Positions 49,410-59,931 of a DNA stretch of 64,000 nucleotides are shown here, piece by piece (the stretch's first letter is position 1; each line of letters opens with the position of its first letter). A model generated the notes under the pieces. That model was given only the letters and a program-made list of their open reading frames with translations. It was not told where the DNA came from and did no database searches. The translations under genes and the position numbers were made by a program. The stretch is taken from NCBI GenBank assembly GCA_963665815.1, contig OY762463.1, positions 3,328,001-3,392,000 of the forward strand, read 5' to 3'. This DNA is from Candidatus Cloacimonadales bacterium (GTDB taxonomy: Bacteria > Cloacimonadota > Cloacimonadia > Cloacimonadales > JAIOQZ01).

Positions 49410-50390
49410 ATGGATTTAAAACTACAGAAATTATATAATAATCAAATCTTCAGCAAGTTTAAAGTGAAATTCGGAGGAAGTAATTATTCAGAAGCATCAG
49501 GATTCGAAAGTTTTGTCTATGAGTTTGAAAGAAACAATTTACAGCTTATTCTGAAAGTATCTCATAGCTCAAGAAGAACTCCTGAAGAAATTCAGGGAGA
49601 AATAGATTATCTTAATTACCTGCATGATGAAAATATTCCTGTTGCTCTTGTAGAAAAATCAATGTCAGGTAATTTTGTAGAAGTTGAAGAAGCTGATGAA
49701 GGTTTTTTTACCGGAATATGTTTTCGTAAAGCTGATGGACGACATATCAAAAAAGAAGATAAGACACCGAAGCTGTTTCATAAGATGGGAAAGTTACAGG
49801 CTGCTATGCACAATTCAGCAGAAAAAGCTAACTTGAATGATATTAAGTTTCATCGTCCCGATTGTTTTTCAATGGATAGAAATTTAGTTCGAGACTCTCT
49901 GTCAGAAAATGATAATGAGGTTATCACAATATATGATGATTTGTTGGCGGTATTTGATAGACAGGAGAAGACTTCAAAGAACTATGGTATAATGCACTAT
50001 GACTTTCATCCCGGTAATTTTTTTATAAATGGAGACAAATTGACTCTGTTTGATTTCGATGATAGTGTTTACTTCTGGTTTAATGCTGATATGGCTATTA
50101 CATTATTCTATCAGGTTCCACATCATATAAAAACACAAAAAGAATTTGACAGTGTTAAATTGTTTCTGGATAATTTTCTCAAAGGCTACACAGAGATTCG
50201 CTGTTTTGATTCAAAGTGTATAACGGAATTTAGTAACTACATGAAAATGCGGGAGATAATCCTTTATGCAATTCTTCAGGTTAGTGGTCTTGCAGGGAAA
50301 AATGCCTGGGTGGATGGATTCCTGAATAATAGAAAAAACAAAATAATAAATCATGTGCCATATCTGGATTTTTCCAGAATTGGCTATTAA
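49410..50390 (+). CDS. APH/homoserine-kinase-type phosphotransferase
   Basis: HYDFHPGN and FDFDD catalytic motifs. Confidence 0.85.
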   Translation: MDLKLQKLYNNQIFSKFKVKFGGSNYSEASGFESFVYEFERNNLQLILKVSHSSRRTPEEIQGEIDYLNYLHDENIPVALVEKSMSGNFVEVEEADEGFFTGICFRKADGRHIKKEDKTPKLFHKMGKLQAAMHNSAEKANLNDIKFHRPDCFSMDRNLVRDSLSENDNEVITIYDDLLAVFDRQEKTSKNYGIMHYDFHPGNFFINGDKLTLFDFDDSVYFWFNADMAITLFYQVPHHIKTQKEFDSVKLFLDNFLKGYTEIRCFDSKCITEFSNYMKMREIILYAILQVSGLAGKNAWVDGFLNNRKNKIINHVPYLDFSRIGY

Positions 50391-50395
50391 AAAAG

Positions 50396-50451
50396 GAGAG
50401 CTTTGCATAATAGCAAAATCAAGTCAACTACCTCAATTATGCAAAGGTCTC
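50396..50451. mobile_element. 56-bp internally deleted copy of the 44319-44475 MITE (inverted)
   Basis: GAGAGCTTTGCATAATAGCAAAAT...ATTATGCAAAGGTCTC; its reverse complement aligns to both ends of the 157-bp element. Confidence 0.78.
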
Positions 50452-50464
50452 GAAAGGATGTTAC

Positions 50465-52114
50465 ATGACCAGGTTAAGCTATCTTATATTACTGCTATTA
50501 CTAACCATAAGTATTTCAGCTGAAGATTTCAATATACAGGTTGATTTTTCTGACAGTACAAGCCATGAGCTGTTCAACTACAAGGGAAGAGTTCCGGCAA
50601 AAGCTGAAGGCAGCGGAGTTATGTTGATGAACGGAGGCTATGCTTCAAATCACAATAATTCTGTAAAAATCAACTCTGTTATCAAGGGAAATCACAAGAA
50701 AGAGACAATTTCTTTCAATTTGTTTATCACTCCCGGGGGAGACGGAGCAGGATTTGCTCTTCTGAACGGGAAACATATCTCAGAAGACAGTCTTTCATAT
50801 ATAGCTGAACACTGGGAAACTCCCAACTTTAAGAAAGCTTTTGGTGTCGGTTTTGATATATACAATCCTCAGACCTCTGCCTGGTTTGATAAATACGGTA
50901 ATTTCTATGGTAGACCTCAGAGAGAAATCTCTCTGCACTGGGATGGTCGGGAAGTATACAAGGTAATGTCACCGATCGAGTTCCGATCTGATCCTATGCA
51001 TGACGAAATCCACAACATGAAGATAGAACTTGATTATGTAACAGGTGGGGCAGAAGCAAGTGTTAGTATTGATGATACTCTGGTTATTGAGAAATTCTTC
51101 ATTGCAGAAATGCTGCCTTATAATAAAGTGCCTGTAATGGGAGTGACAACATCTGATTTTACAACTACAGTATATGTGGATAGCCTCATTTTTTCAGGAG
51201 AAGGAGTGACTGTTGAACAGGAGTTGAAACAATCCTTTGTACTTGTAGATAACATGGAATTTCATTCAAAGAACAGAGAAGAATATAAAGAAGTTAAATT
51301 TCCTAAGGCAGGCCGGAAGACCGGAAGAGTGATTATGACTCTCGATCTTGGTGGACTGGCTGGTGGCCCCAGCGGTTGGGATGTCGGAGCATCTATATAC
51401 CTTTTTGATGCTGATTCTACCAAATACGAGATATGCAGGTTTATTACACCATATCACAGAGGTTACATCTGGAAAGTTGATGTGACTGACTTTTTACCAC
51501 TATTCAAAGGCAAAAAAAATGTCAGAGTTAACGTTAGTACCTGGGAACCAATAACAGAAGACCCGGCAAAACAGAAAGGCTGGAAAGTTCATGCAAAACT
51601 GGATTATTACGAAGGTCCATCTGAGTTCAGACCTGTGAAAGTTGTTAATCTCTGGGCAGGTAATGAAGAATATGGTAATCCTGAAAAACCTCTCTCTGAT
51701 TTCTTTGATACCAGAGAAGTGAAGGTCCCCAGAAAGACAGATAAAGTTAAAATTAGATTTGTTGTAACCGGGCATGGAATGTCTCCAAATTCCAACAATG
51801 CTGCTGAGTTCATGCCGGCTGACAGAACATTCATTGTTAACGGAAAAGAATTCCACAATAGACTATGGAAAACAGATTGCTATCTCAATCCATGTCGTCC
51901 TCAGGGTGGAACATGGAAATTTGACAGAGCCGGATGGGCTCCCGGAGATGTTGTTAAAGCCTGGGAAATAGACATTACGAATTATGTTGGTAAGGATAGA
52001 AAACTGAACTTTCAATATATTCCAATGGAATACATTAATGAAAACAGGAATGACAAAACCTATCCTCCACACCACAGAGTTGAGACGCAGTTGATATACT
52101 ACAAGAAAAGATAA
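50465..52114 (+). CDS. secreted peptide-N-glycosidase F-like protein with N-terminal legume-lectin-like domain
   Basis: WDVGAS, EICRFITPY, DVTDF, TGHG, AAEF and GTWKFDRAGWAPG; N-terminal GGDGAGF...FGVGFDIY. Confidence 0.75.
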   Translation: MTRLSYLILLLLLTISISAEDFNIQVDFSDSTSHELFNYKGRVPAKAEGSGVMLMNGGYASNHNNSVKINSVIKGNHKKETISFNLFITPGGDGAGFALLNGKHISEDSLSYIAEHWETPNFKKAFGVGFDIYNPQTSAWFDKYGNFYGRPQREISLHWDGREVYKVMSPIEFRSDPMHDEIHNMKIELDYVTGGAEASVSIDDTLVIEKFFIAEMLPYNKVPVMGVTTSDFTTTVYVDSLIFSGEGVTVEQELKQSFVLVDNMEFHSKNREEYKEVKFPKAGRKTGRVIMTLDLGGLAGGPSGWDVGASIYLFDADSTKYEICRFITPYHRGYIWKVDVTDFLPLFKGKKNVRVNVSTWEPITEDPAKQKGWKVHAKLDYYEGPSEFRPVKVVNLWAGNEEYGNPEKPLSDFFDTREVKVPRKTDKVKIRFVVTGHGMSPNSNNAAEFMPADRTFIVNGKEFHNRLWKTDCYLNPCRPQGGTWKFDRAGWAPGDVVKAWEIDITNYVGKDRKLNFQYIPMEYINENRNDKTYPPHHRVETQLIYYKKR

Positions 52115-52151
52115 ATTGTACAGGTATTTAATTGCAAAATGTGAGGAAAAA

Positions 52152-52616
52152 ATGAAAAGGAAAGACAGAGAAATTACTGATAAAACACAGATTGAGGATA
52201 TCCTCAAGAAGGGTAACCTGCTTAACCTTGGACTTATAGATGAGAATTCACCGTATGTTGTTCCCATGAATTACGGATATTCAGATGGAAAGATCTATCT
52301 GCATTGTGCCCGTGAAGGACATAAGATAGATTTGATAAGAAAAAATCCTAATGTTTGTTTTACTGTCAGCATTGATGTGGAAGTTGATCTGGATGTTCAT
52401 TGTCCAACAACATATTATATGAGTGTTGCAGGTTCGGGAGAAGCGATTATTCCAGACAGTGAGGGAGTAAAGGTGGATGCCTTGAAAAGATTTATGAAAC
52501 ACTACAATAGGGCATGCGATGAAGAATTTCTCAGAAAGGCAGTTGAGTATACGGAGATTATCGTTATTGATATAAAATCAATGACAGGCAAAAAGAACTT
52601 AAAGCACCAGAAATGA
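52152..52616 (+). CDS. pyridoxamine 5'-phosphate oxidase / NimA-like flavin-binding protein
   Basis: MKRKDREI, PYVVPMNYG and YLHCAREGHK...NPNVCF. Confidence 0.88.
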   Translation: MKRKDREITDKTQIEDILKKGNLLNLGLIDENSPYVVPMNYGYSDGKIYLHCAREGHKIDLIRKNPNVCFTVSIDVEVDLDVHCPTTYYMSVAGSGEAIIPDSEGVKVDALKRFMKHYNRACDEEFLRKAVEYTEIIVIDIKSMTGKKNLKHQK

Positions 52617-53482
52617 ATTACAGCAGTATCCAAAAATCACTTGATTATATAGAATCTCATCTGGAAACAAATATTGAGTTAGAGAGAGTAGCTGAAAAAG
52701 CTGGCTATTCTCTCTATCATTTTCACAGGATATTTTCCGGTATAGCCGGCTATACTCTCAAGGAATACATAAGAAAGCGAAGACTTACACGTTCTGCCAG
52801 AATGCTTCAATTCACCCAAAAGTCTATTTCTGAGATTAGTCAGTTGTGTGGATTTAGATCTCAGGAGGCTTTTACTCGTGCCTTTTCTAAACATTTTAGC
52901 TGTACTCCGCATAGATTTCGCAAATCTGATTCACCTTTTGATTACACAAATCAGATAAAGGTTGGTGAGACTGAGTCTAACACTTTTGAAATAAAAGTCA
53001 GAACTAAAGAGGTTGCTGATTTCTCAATCTGTGGACTTTCAGCACGTGTTTCTCCAAACAACCCTAAACTGAAAACACTCTGGGCTGATTTATGGAAATA
53101 CGCAGATTCATTTGATATGCAGAACTGCAATGGTTTTTATGCACTCAGTACTTCTACCGAAGTAAAAAGTGATTTGCCGATTTTTGATTATCTGGTTGGA
53201 CTTAAACCTGAGTATATGCGAAGCATTCCGGATGGATTTGTAACAAGAGAGGTCAAAGGTGGAACTTTCCTGATTTTTGAGTACAAAGAAGGGCTTGATA
53301 AACTGGATGACTATTTTTTGTATCTTTTCTCTAATTGGTTACCTGCCAACGGATACAAGGCAAGAGATTTCGATCTGGAGTTCTACAATAAGACTTTCTC
53401 AGCAGAAAATGAGGATTCTGTTATTGCGATAATGGTGTCGGTGGAGAAAATCAACTTTGTTCAGAAAAAATCATCATCATAA
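52613..53482 (+). CDS. AraC-family regulator with GyrI-like effector domain
   Basis: YSLYHFHRIF, YIRKRRL and GFRSQEAFTRAF; C-terminal WLP..GY...DLEFY. Confidence 0.92.
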   Translation: MNYSSIQKSLDYIESHLETNIELERVAEKAGYSLYHFHRIFSGIAGYTLKEYIRKRRLTRSARMLQFTQKSISEISQLCGFRSQEAFTRAFSKHFSCTPHRFRKSDSPFDYTNQIKVGETESNTFEIKVRTKEVADFSICGLSARVSPNNPKLKTLWADLWKYADSFDMQNCNGFYALSTSTEVKSDLPIFDYLVGLKPEYMRSIPDGFVTREVKGGTFLIFEYKEGLDKLDDYFLYLFSNWLPANGYKARDFDLEFYNKTFSAENEDSVIAIMVSVEKINFVQKKSSS

Positions 53483-53668
53483 CTATTTTTATTGAAACAA
53501 TTAAAACAAAACTAAGTTTTTAACATAAAGCAGGAAAAGTACAGCATTTTCGGGAATCACAAACCAGAAACAAAGAAATTGAGTGCTGTAATCTGAAGTT
53601 TTATGTGTAGTGCAGAACACAGACTATTCAAAGGATATTTCTGCTTAAACTCAATAATAGGAGTACCT

Positions 53669-54832
53669 ATGCGAAAAATTAGTTTTTTATTATTTTTAGT
53701 AAATATTCTTGTAATCCATGCAGTCAAAATTAAAGAAATTGAGTCTGTAAAGATTATGGATGATGACAATTCTATCGAAACCAGTTCCTGCGTTTATTCT
53801 CCCTTGGAAAAATGCCTTTTTATTGCAACATCAACAAATGATACTATCATCAAAATTGCTCACAACAGTGAACCAAATGTAAATGAAACTGCAAGGAGAT
53901 ATCTCTACTACCCGGAAATCGGAGAATTACACAACGTTGAACTGAAAACAGGATTCTCCAATGGAGCAATCAATATGATTGAGTTTGCACAATGCTCTGA
54001 TGATACGCTCTTTCTCAAAAGCAACAGGCTTGGTAGAGTAAACGCTTATAGAATGAACAAGGGGAAACTTGATTTCAGTTACTCCATTGATATTCAACAT
54101 AAAGCAAGATATTCAGTATTCACTAAACTCGGACAAAATCTTTATCTTTCCGGTTGTTCGGAAATGGGAGAACATGATGCGCTTCTTGGTGAATTCAAAA
54201 TTGTTGCGGATACAGATTTTGAAGAATCAATGAATATAGAACCATGCAGAGCGTTTATATCAGAAGAGAAGTACTCTAGCATGCAAGGTGACAGTCTGTT
54301 GAAAAAACTTAAGAAATACGATAGTTTAAGTGTATTTATCAAAGATGTTTTCCAGACAATGTTCAGTGAGTGCGCTTACCAGAATATATTTGTTCTGGAG
54401 CATAACAATAGAAAATTTGCAGTAAATTCATATGGTATAGATATTCTTGAAATAGACCAGGATACTGTAACATGTATATCTGATATTGACGTCGTAAAGG
54501 AAATGAGAAAGGCTGATAACGATATTATCAACAGCATCAAGATTAATCCGTTCCAGAACAACAAGTATTCTCACGTGAAAAAAGTCTTTAATGATGAGTT
54601 TAAGAATGTCGTTATGCTTTACTATCAACGTTCAGACAGAATAAAAGAAATCAGTAAGGATCCTGCGGACTATCTTATTATAAAATATCTGAAAAAATCA
54701 GGAAAAAGAAGTGAGCGCAAGCTGGCTTTAGATTTCATTCCTGTTCACTACGATCAGAATAAGCGAATATTCCACGGATTGAAGAACATAGAAGGAGAAA
54801 TCTATTACGTAAAATACAAGCTGAAGGTATAG
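53669..54832 (+). CDS. secreted hypothetical protein (possible beta-propeller)
   Basis: Signal peptide at ATG 53669 with AGGAG RBS. Confidence 0.6.
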   Translation: MRKISFLLFLVNILVIHAVKIKEIESVKIMDDDNSIETSSCVYSPLEKCLFIATSTNDTIIKIAHNSEPNVNETARRYLYYPEIGELHNVELKTGFSNGAINMIEFAQCSDDTLFLKSNRLGRVNAYRMNKGKLDFSYSIDIQHKARYSVFTKLGQNLYLSGCSEMGEHDALLGEFKIVADTDFEESMNIEPCRAFISEEKYSSMQGDSLLKKLKKYDSLSVFIKDVFQTMFSECAYQNIFVLEHNNRKFAVNSYGIDILEIDQDTVTCISDIDVVKEMRKADNDIINSIKINPFQNNKYSHVKKVFNDEFKNVVMLYYQRSDRIKEISKDPADYLIIKYLKKSGKRSERKLALDFIPVHYDQNKRIFHGLKNIEGEIYYVKYKLKV

Positions 54833-54833
54833 T

Positions 54834-55406
54834 ATGAACAGAATTATCATATTCTTGTCAGTAATTATTTCGACTGTACTCTGGGCTGATGATCTTGATT
54901 TTGACAAAAAGATTTCCAAAGCCTATGATTATTCCAAGATCAATGATTCGCTGCTGTTTAAATATGACCTGACAGATATTCACGGAAAGCCCGTTGACAG
55001 ATCGAACGTTATATACAATACGGATGAACCGTTACTTGTCTGCATTGCTACCCCATATTCATGCTCTCATGTGAATAAGGGTATGTATAAATTCCTGAAT
55101 GACTGTACAGAGATAGATTCGATGAGAACATGCTTTATTTTCGAAAACCATTATTTAAAAGATACAATCAGGAAGTTCCGAAAAATTGAAGAGTATTTCA
55201 GCAAAGGAACAAGATGTTTTTTTGACACGGAAGGAAGAAATGCAGAATTGCTTAAATTTGATGATACCGGAAACAATTATTGGATTGTTATTCTGAAAAA
55301 CCAGAAGATAATACATGTTGCAGGATTTTCGGAATATGTTACAGATTTTAATTTAGTTGAGGAACTTCAAAAGAAAATAGATGAATTATGGATGGAGGAA
55401 AAATGA
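54834..55406 (+). CDS. secreted hypothetical protein, possible thioredoxin-like fold
   Basis: Signal peptide; 'LTDIHGK', 'TPYSCSH' and 'FFDTEG' resemble redoxin elements. Confidence 0.5.
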   Translation: MNRIIIFLSVIISTVLWADDLDFDKKISKAYDYSKINDSLLFKYDLTDIHGKPVDRSNVIYNTDEPLLVCIATPYSCSHVNKGMYKFLNDCTEIDSMRTCFIFENHYLKDTIRKFRKIEEYFSKGTRCFFDTEGRNAELLKFDDTGNNYWIVILKNQKIIHVAGFSEYVTDFNLVEELQKKIDELWMEEK

Positions 55407-55999
55407 AAAAAATGCTGATGATTGTTATTTGCTTATTAGTGATAAATATACTTGCTGCAGAGAACTGCAAAGAAATCAACACATGTGGATACAAAATAAT
55501 ACTCGAACCCCCTGCAGAATATGTGGATTATCGTTTTCCAACTGAGGAGAATACTCAGTTTAATATTTGCTATGTGGATTCAGATACTCTCAGATTTGAC
55601 AAAGGAATAATCTGGATAAACAATGATATGGTTGGACTGATAAATCCGGAAGATAGTCTGGAATTAAAAAAAGGTCAGATATATTGTAATGGAGTCCTTC
55701 AAAAACCAGTGAAAAACTATAGATATCATGGATTTTTCGCTGCAGGAGCTACAGAAAATAATGCAAGATTAGGAAAGCACTCATTAACAATTAAGCCTTT
55801 TCAAGATGGTGCTTCTCACTATAGCGCAGTCGTAAACGATATGGATACTCACTATTATCTACTGGATAAATACAAAGTCGAAATCCGCAACAATATGCTT
55901 TTCATTAATTTCAAAAATTATGGTAAGTTAAATAGAATTTCGGATATCCTCATCGACAATGATAAAATATACATCAATGGTGAAGAAGTTACACTGTAG
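55403..55999 (+). CDS. secreted hypothetical protein
   Basis: Signal peptide; GGAGG RBS; ATGA overlap with the previous gene. Confidence 0.6.
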   Translation: MKKMLMIVICLLVINILAAENCKEINTCGYKIILEPPAEYVDYRFPTEENTQFNICYVDSDTLRFDKGIIWINNDMVGLINPEDSLELKKGQIYCNGVLQKPVKNYRYHGFFAAGATENNARLGKHSLTIKPFQDGASHYSAVVNDMDTHYYLLDKYKVEIRNNMLFINFKNYGKLNRISDILIDNDKIYINGEEVTL

Positions 56000-56023
56000 C
56001 ACTATAAAACAAAGCTTATTGAG

Positions 56024-56063
56024 ACCTGAATCATTACAATTACTGTAGATTCAGGTTTTTTTT
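56024..56063 (+). terminator. intrinsic terminator between convergent genes
   Basis: ACCTGAATC-loop-GATTCAGGT followed by a T-run. Confidence 0.7.
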
Positions 56064-56065
56064 AT

Positions 56066-58030
56066 CTATTCCGTAATAGCTTTTCTGGCTTTCAATATGA
56101 ACTTTGCTCTGTCCAGCGGACTGATTCCCTGATAAGGTCGTTCTACACCCTCAGACTCAGGGCATTTCTCATATCTATAGAATTCGGTCAGATACTGAGC
56201 TTTTCCACCGGAAAGTGATGCAAGTTCAATCTGGTACTGAAGAGAGCTTGCTACAGGAAGTTTACCTTTTATCTCGGCAATTCCATCAGAAATATCAGGA
56301 GTTTCAAAAGTGCCACGCATCAGGATAATATCGTTCATGACTTTCCCGCAAAGATCTTCTCTTATCTTTATCGTAAACCGATTAACAGGTTCAAGAAAGT
56401 CTGTTCCGCAGTTCTTTAATCCATTCATAATCCCCATTTGAGTTGCAACTATGAAATCACCAGGTCTACTGTGGACTTCATGGTCTTCTTCACCGATAAG
56501 GGTGATTCTCAGATCAGTAACTTCCCAGCCCCGGATTCCCTGTTTTAGAGCTTTACTTATAGTTGCTTCAATCTCGTTCTGGTATTTCCGGGCTATCTTA
56601 TCTACGCTGACTTTTGATTCATAATGAATTCCACTTCCGGTTTTACCCGGTTCAATTTCAAAGGTTACAACTGCCCAGCAAGGTTTAGGCATGGTGTATT
56701 CCTCGTAGCCTATACCTTTTGCAGATGGAGTTTCCTTGTATATAACAGTCGGATCAGTAAGTTTTACTTTTATGTTAAATCGATCAAATATCAGTTGCTC
56801 CAGAATCTGTATATGTATATATCCCATGATATCAATGTTAAATTCACGTTCGTCTTTCAACCATTGGAAATTCAGATTAGGTTCTTCAGAATTGAGTTTA
56901 TGCAGAGCTTCAGCAAGTTCGGAATACTGCTGCATATTTTCAGGGATAACCTGTACCTTCAGAGTTGCCGTGTTTATGGAAACATCTCTGATATCTATCT
57001 TATCACCAATAATATCACCCGTACAGCTTTCGGCAAGTCCTGTTACAACAGCAATATCGCCTGATTTGAGGGATTCTGTAGGGATCAGTCCCTTAGCTGA
57101 AGGTATTTTTATAAGATTCAGCTTTTCAGAAATCTGCATGGATTCGTTTCTGATAATATCCTTAGGTTTAAGCTCACCTGAGAAAAGCCTTATATAGGAA
57201 AGCTTACCAGCTTTATTGTCATATTTGGTATTGAAGATCACTCCAGAAACTTTATCTGATTGAGAGATCTCAGGAGCAGGAAGGAAATCAATTATAGTCG
57301 TCAGCAGATCGTTCATACCTTGCCCCAACTTAGCTGAACACATAACAACAGGACATACAACTCCTGATTTAACTGCTTTGACAAGACTTTCCTTGATCTC
57401 AGGGAATGTGATTTCCAATCCTTCGAGATACTTTTCCATTATTCTGTCATCATGCTCAGATGCAGTATCAATCAAATTCTCTTTATATTCAGAGTGTTTA
57501 TTGTAGTCAACACCATTGAAAGCAGAATCGCTTGAAACTTCGTCAGTTCTTTCATTTCTGATTTTGTTTACAACAAAGAAGCTTGTATTTAATCTTGTTT
57601 CAATATCTTCCAGAACTCTGTTAAGATCAGAATTCATTCTGTCTGTTTTGTTAACTGCAATGATACATGGGAGACTAAGGGTGCGAATTGCTTTCCAGAG
57701 CTTTTCTGTCTGAGCTTCAATTCCTTCAGCAGCAGATACAATCAGAATTATTCCGTCAAGAGCCATCAGTGATCTTTCAACTTCAGATGCAAAATCATTA
57801 TGCCCGGGAGTATCAATAATGTTAATCTTTGTGTTGTTCCACATAAAGGAAACAGTCGAGGCTCTTACGGTTATACCTCTCTGAATCTCTACATTCAAAC
57901 TGTCAGTTGTACTTTGTCCTTTATCAACGCTTCCGGGTGTTTTAAGTTCTCCTGCAAGATAAAGTATCTGCTCTGTAATAGTTGTTTTACCTGCATCAAC
58001 ATGGGCAAGTATTCCAATATTTCTAATCAT
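56066..58030 (-). CDS. TetM/TetO-like (ribosomal protection family) translational GTPase
   Basis: NIGILAHVDAGKTT, GSVDKG..TTD, RGIT, IDTPGH, NKTD and VIYKE; ~654 aa with an RPP-type C-terminus. Confidence 0.85.
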   Translation of the reverse strand: MIRNIGILAHVDAGKTTITEQILYLAGELKTPGSVDKGQSTTDSLNVEIQRGITVRASTVSFMWNNTKINIIDTPGHNDFASEVERSLMALDGIILIVSAAEGIEAQTEKLWKAIRTLSLPCIIAVNKTDRMNSDLNRVLEDIETRLNTSFFVVNKIRNERTDEVSSDSAFNGVDYNKHSEYKENLIDTASEHDDRIMEKYLEGLEITFPEIKESLVKAVKSGVVCPVVMCSAKLGQGMNDLLTTIIDFLPAPEISQSDKVSGVIFNTKYDNKAGKLSYIRLFSGELKPKDIIRNESMQISEKLNLIKIPSAKGLIPTESLKSGDIAVVTGLAESCTGDIIGDKIDIRDVSINTATLKVQVIPENMQQYSELAEALHKLNSEEPNLNFQWLKDEREFNIDIMGYIHIQILEQLIFDRFNIKVKLTDPTVIYKETPSAKGIGYEEYTMPKPCWAVVTFEIEPGKTGSGIHYESKVSVDKIARKYQNEIEATISKALKQGIRGWEVTDLRITLIGEEDHEVHSRPGDFIVATQMGIMNGLKNCGTDFLEPVNRFTIKIREDLCGKVMNDIILMRGTFETPDISDGIAEIKGKLPVASSLQYQIELASLSGGKAQYLTEFYRYEKCPESEGVERPYQGISPLDRAKFILKARKAITE

Positions 58031-58192
58031 ATTATTCCGATCCTGTTTATAATATTTCAAAAACATCATGTACTGTCTGGAAGTAAAGCATTTTTCTTGA
58101 AGCAGTTGTTTACTACTGTAATAATTTGAATAAAATGTATTGACCATTCTGACTGATTGATAATTTTGAAAGAAAAACTACGGATTTGTTTA

Positions 58193-59920
58193 ATGAAATA
58201 TCTTGCCTTTATTATTATTGCTTTACTTCTGTTTTCCTGTTCATCTCAAAAAATGAGTGTATCAGAACCGTTATCACATCATGAAGATCTAACACCCATT
58301 GCAGCAGATTCAGTTGAAGTGGTGGACACTGTTGTTGTCGAAATCCCTGAAATAGAAGAAGAATGGCTTCCTCTTGATTCTTTACCTGTTGTTTCTTACA
58401 GAAAACCGGATTTATCAACTTTTGGGAATGACATTATTATAAATGGTAAAATAGTTAAGGATACTGTTTTCTCAGAGAAAATCTGTTTCAATAAATCAGA
58501 AAATTACTCTGCGGTAAAAGGTGTTACAGTTTTCAGGGGAAACAATTACAGAGACAATCCGGTGTATGGAAGTCTTACAATTAAAGAAAAGAAACTGGTT
58601 AAATGCTGGTCTGCTGATGCAGGCAAAATAGATGGCTGGAATGGAGTAGGGTGGACAGGACAACCGGCAATAATACAGTGGGATGACAGTGTAAGAGCAG
58701 CAATGAATCTACCGGATTCGGTCAAATCAGATACAGCTTTCACAGAGGTAATCTGTTCAACCCTTGGTGGGAAGATTAGATTCCTTAATCTGAAAACCGG
58801 TGATTCAACCCGGGCTGATATCAATATTGGATTCAGCATGAAGGGCAGTGTAATGATTGATCCACGCGGTTATCCTTTATTATATCAGGGAATGGGACTG
58901 AATGTAAACGGGAAGAAAAAGAAACCTTTCAATTATTACATCTATAATTTATTGGATCAGAAGAGAATGTATACAATACCCGGATACAACAAGTTTGTTC
59001 ATCGTGGTTGGGGTGCATTCGACTCCTCTGCTCTGGTAAATATAAACACTGATAATCTTATCCTCTGCGGTGAAAATGCTATGATATACAGGATTAAGTT
59101 GAACACAGAATTTTCTGCTTCCAGAAAGAAATTGTCAATAAATCCAGAGCCTGTCATGTACAGATATACACACAGTAAATACGGCAAAATAGGAATAGAA
59201 AGTTCTCCTTCAATATACAGGAATTTCCTGTATTGCACAGATAATAGCGGTTTGCTCCAATGTGTCGACTTGAATCGTATGAAGCCTGTCTGGACAGCCG
59301 AGTTACTCGATGATTCAGATGCATCAATATCTCTGGAACAAACAGGAGACAGTGTTTTTATCTATACAGGTAATGAAGTTGATCACCGAGGGAAAAAAGC
59401 ATATAAGCAGGCTAAGAAAAAGAAGGGTTTCAACAAAAAGAAGTATAAGTACAAAGATTTCTGCAGTTTGTTCAAGTTCAATGCCATGACAGGAGAGAAA
59501 ATATGGGAGAAACGGCTGGAAACGGTATATAACTCTTATGTAAATGGAGGATTGCTTGGATCACCATTAATTGGTAAAAAATCAATTTCGGAGATGGTAT
59601 TTTTTAATGTTGCAAGAATACATGACGGGAAAAACGGAATGCTTATCGCCGTGAATAAAGAAACAGGAGATGAGATATGGAGAATTGAGTTCCCTGTATT
59701 CAGTTGGTCTTCACCGGTTGCAGTTTATCCTGAGAATGGAGGATCATACATTATATGCGGAACAACAGGTGGTTATGTTTATTTGATAGATGCAGAAAAA
59801 GGTGTTGTTGTTAATAAAGTCGATTTGAAAGGTGCAGTTGAAAGCAGTCCTGCAGTCTTCAATGATTATTGTGTTGTCGGAACAAAAGCCGGTAAAATCT
59901 GGTGTTTAAGGATCAAGTAA
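58193..59920 (+). CDS. PQQ-like beta-propeller lipoprotein
   Basis: Lipobox LLFSC; repeats 'TG...W' and 'ESSP'; FRGN and GWTGQP. Confidence 0.75.
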   Translation: MKYLAFIIIALLLFSCSSQKMSVSEPLSHHEDLTPIAADSVEVVDTVVVEIPEIEEEWLPLDSLPVVSYRKPDLSTFGNDIIINGKIVKDTVFSEKICFNKSENYSAVKGVTVFRGNNYRDNPVYGSLTIKEKKLVKCWSADAGKIDGWNGVGWTGQPAIIQWDDSVRAAMNLPDSVKSDTAFTEVICSTLGGKIRFLNLKTGDSTRADINIGFSMKGSVMIDPRGYPLLYQGMGLNVNGKKKKPFNYYIYNLLDQKRMYTIPGYNKFVHRGWGAFDSSALVNINTDNLILCGENAMIYRIKLNTEFSASRKKLSINPEPVMYRYTHSKYGKIGIESSPSIYRNFLYCTDNSGLLQCVDLNRMKPVWTAELLDDSDASISLEQTGDSVFIYTGNEVDHRGKKAYKQAKKKKGFNKKKYKYKDFCSLFKFNAMTGEKIWEKRLETVYNSYVNGGLLGSPLIGKKSISEMVFFNVARIHDGKNGMLIAVNKETGDEIWRIEFPVFSWSSPVAVYPENGGSYIICGTTGGYVYLIDAEKGVVVNKVDLKGAVESSPAVFNDYCVVGTKAGKIWCLRIK

Positions 59921-59931
59921 GGATTGATGAT

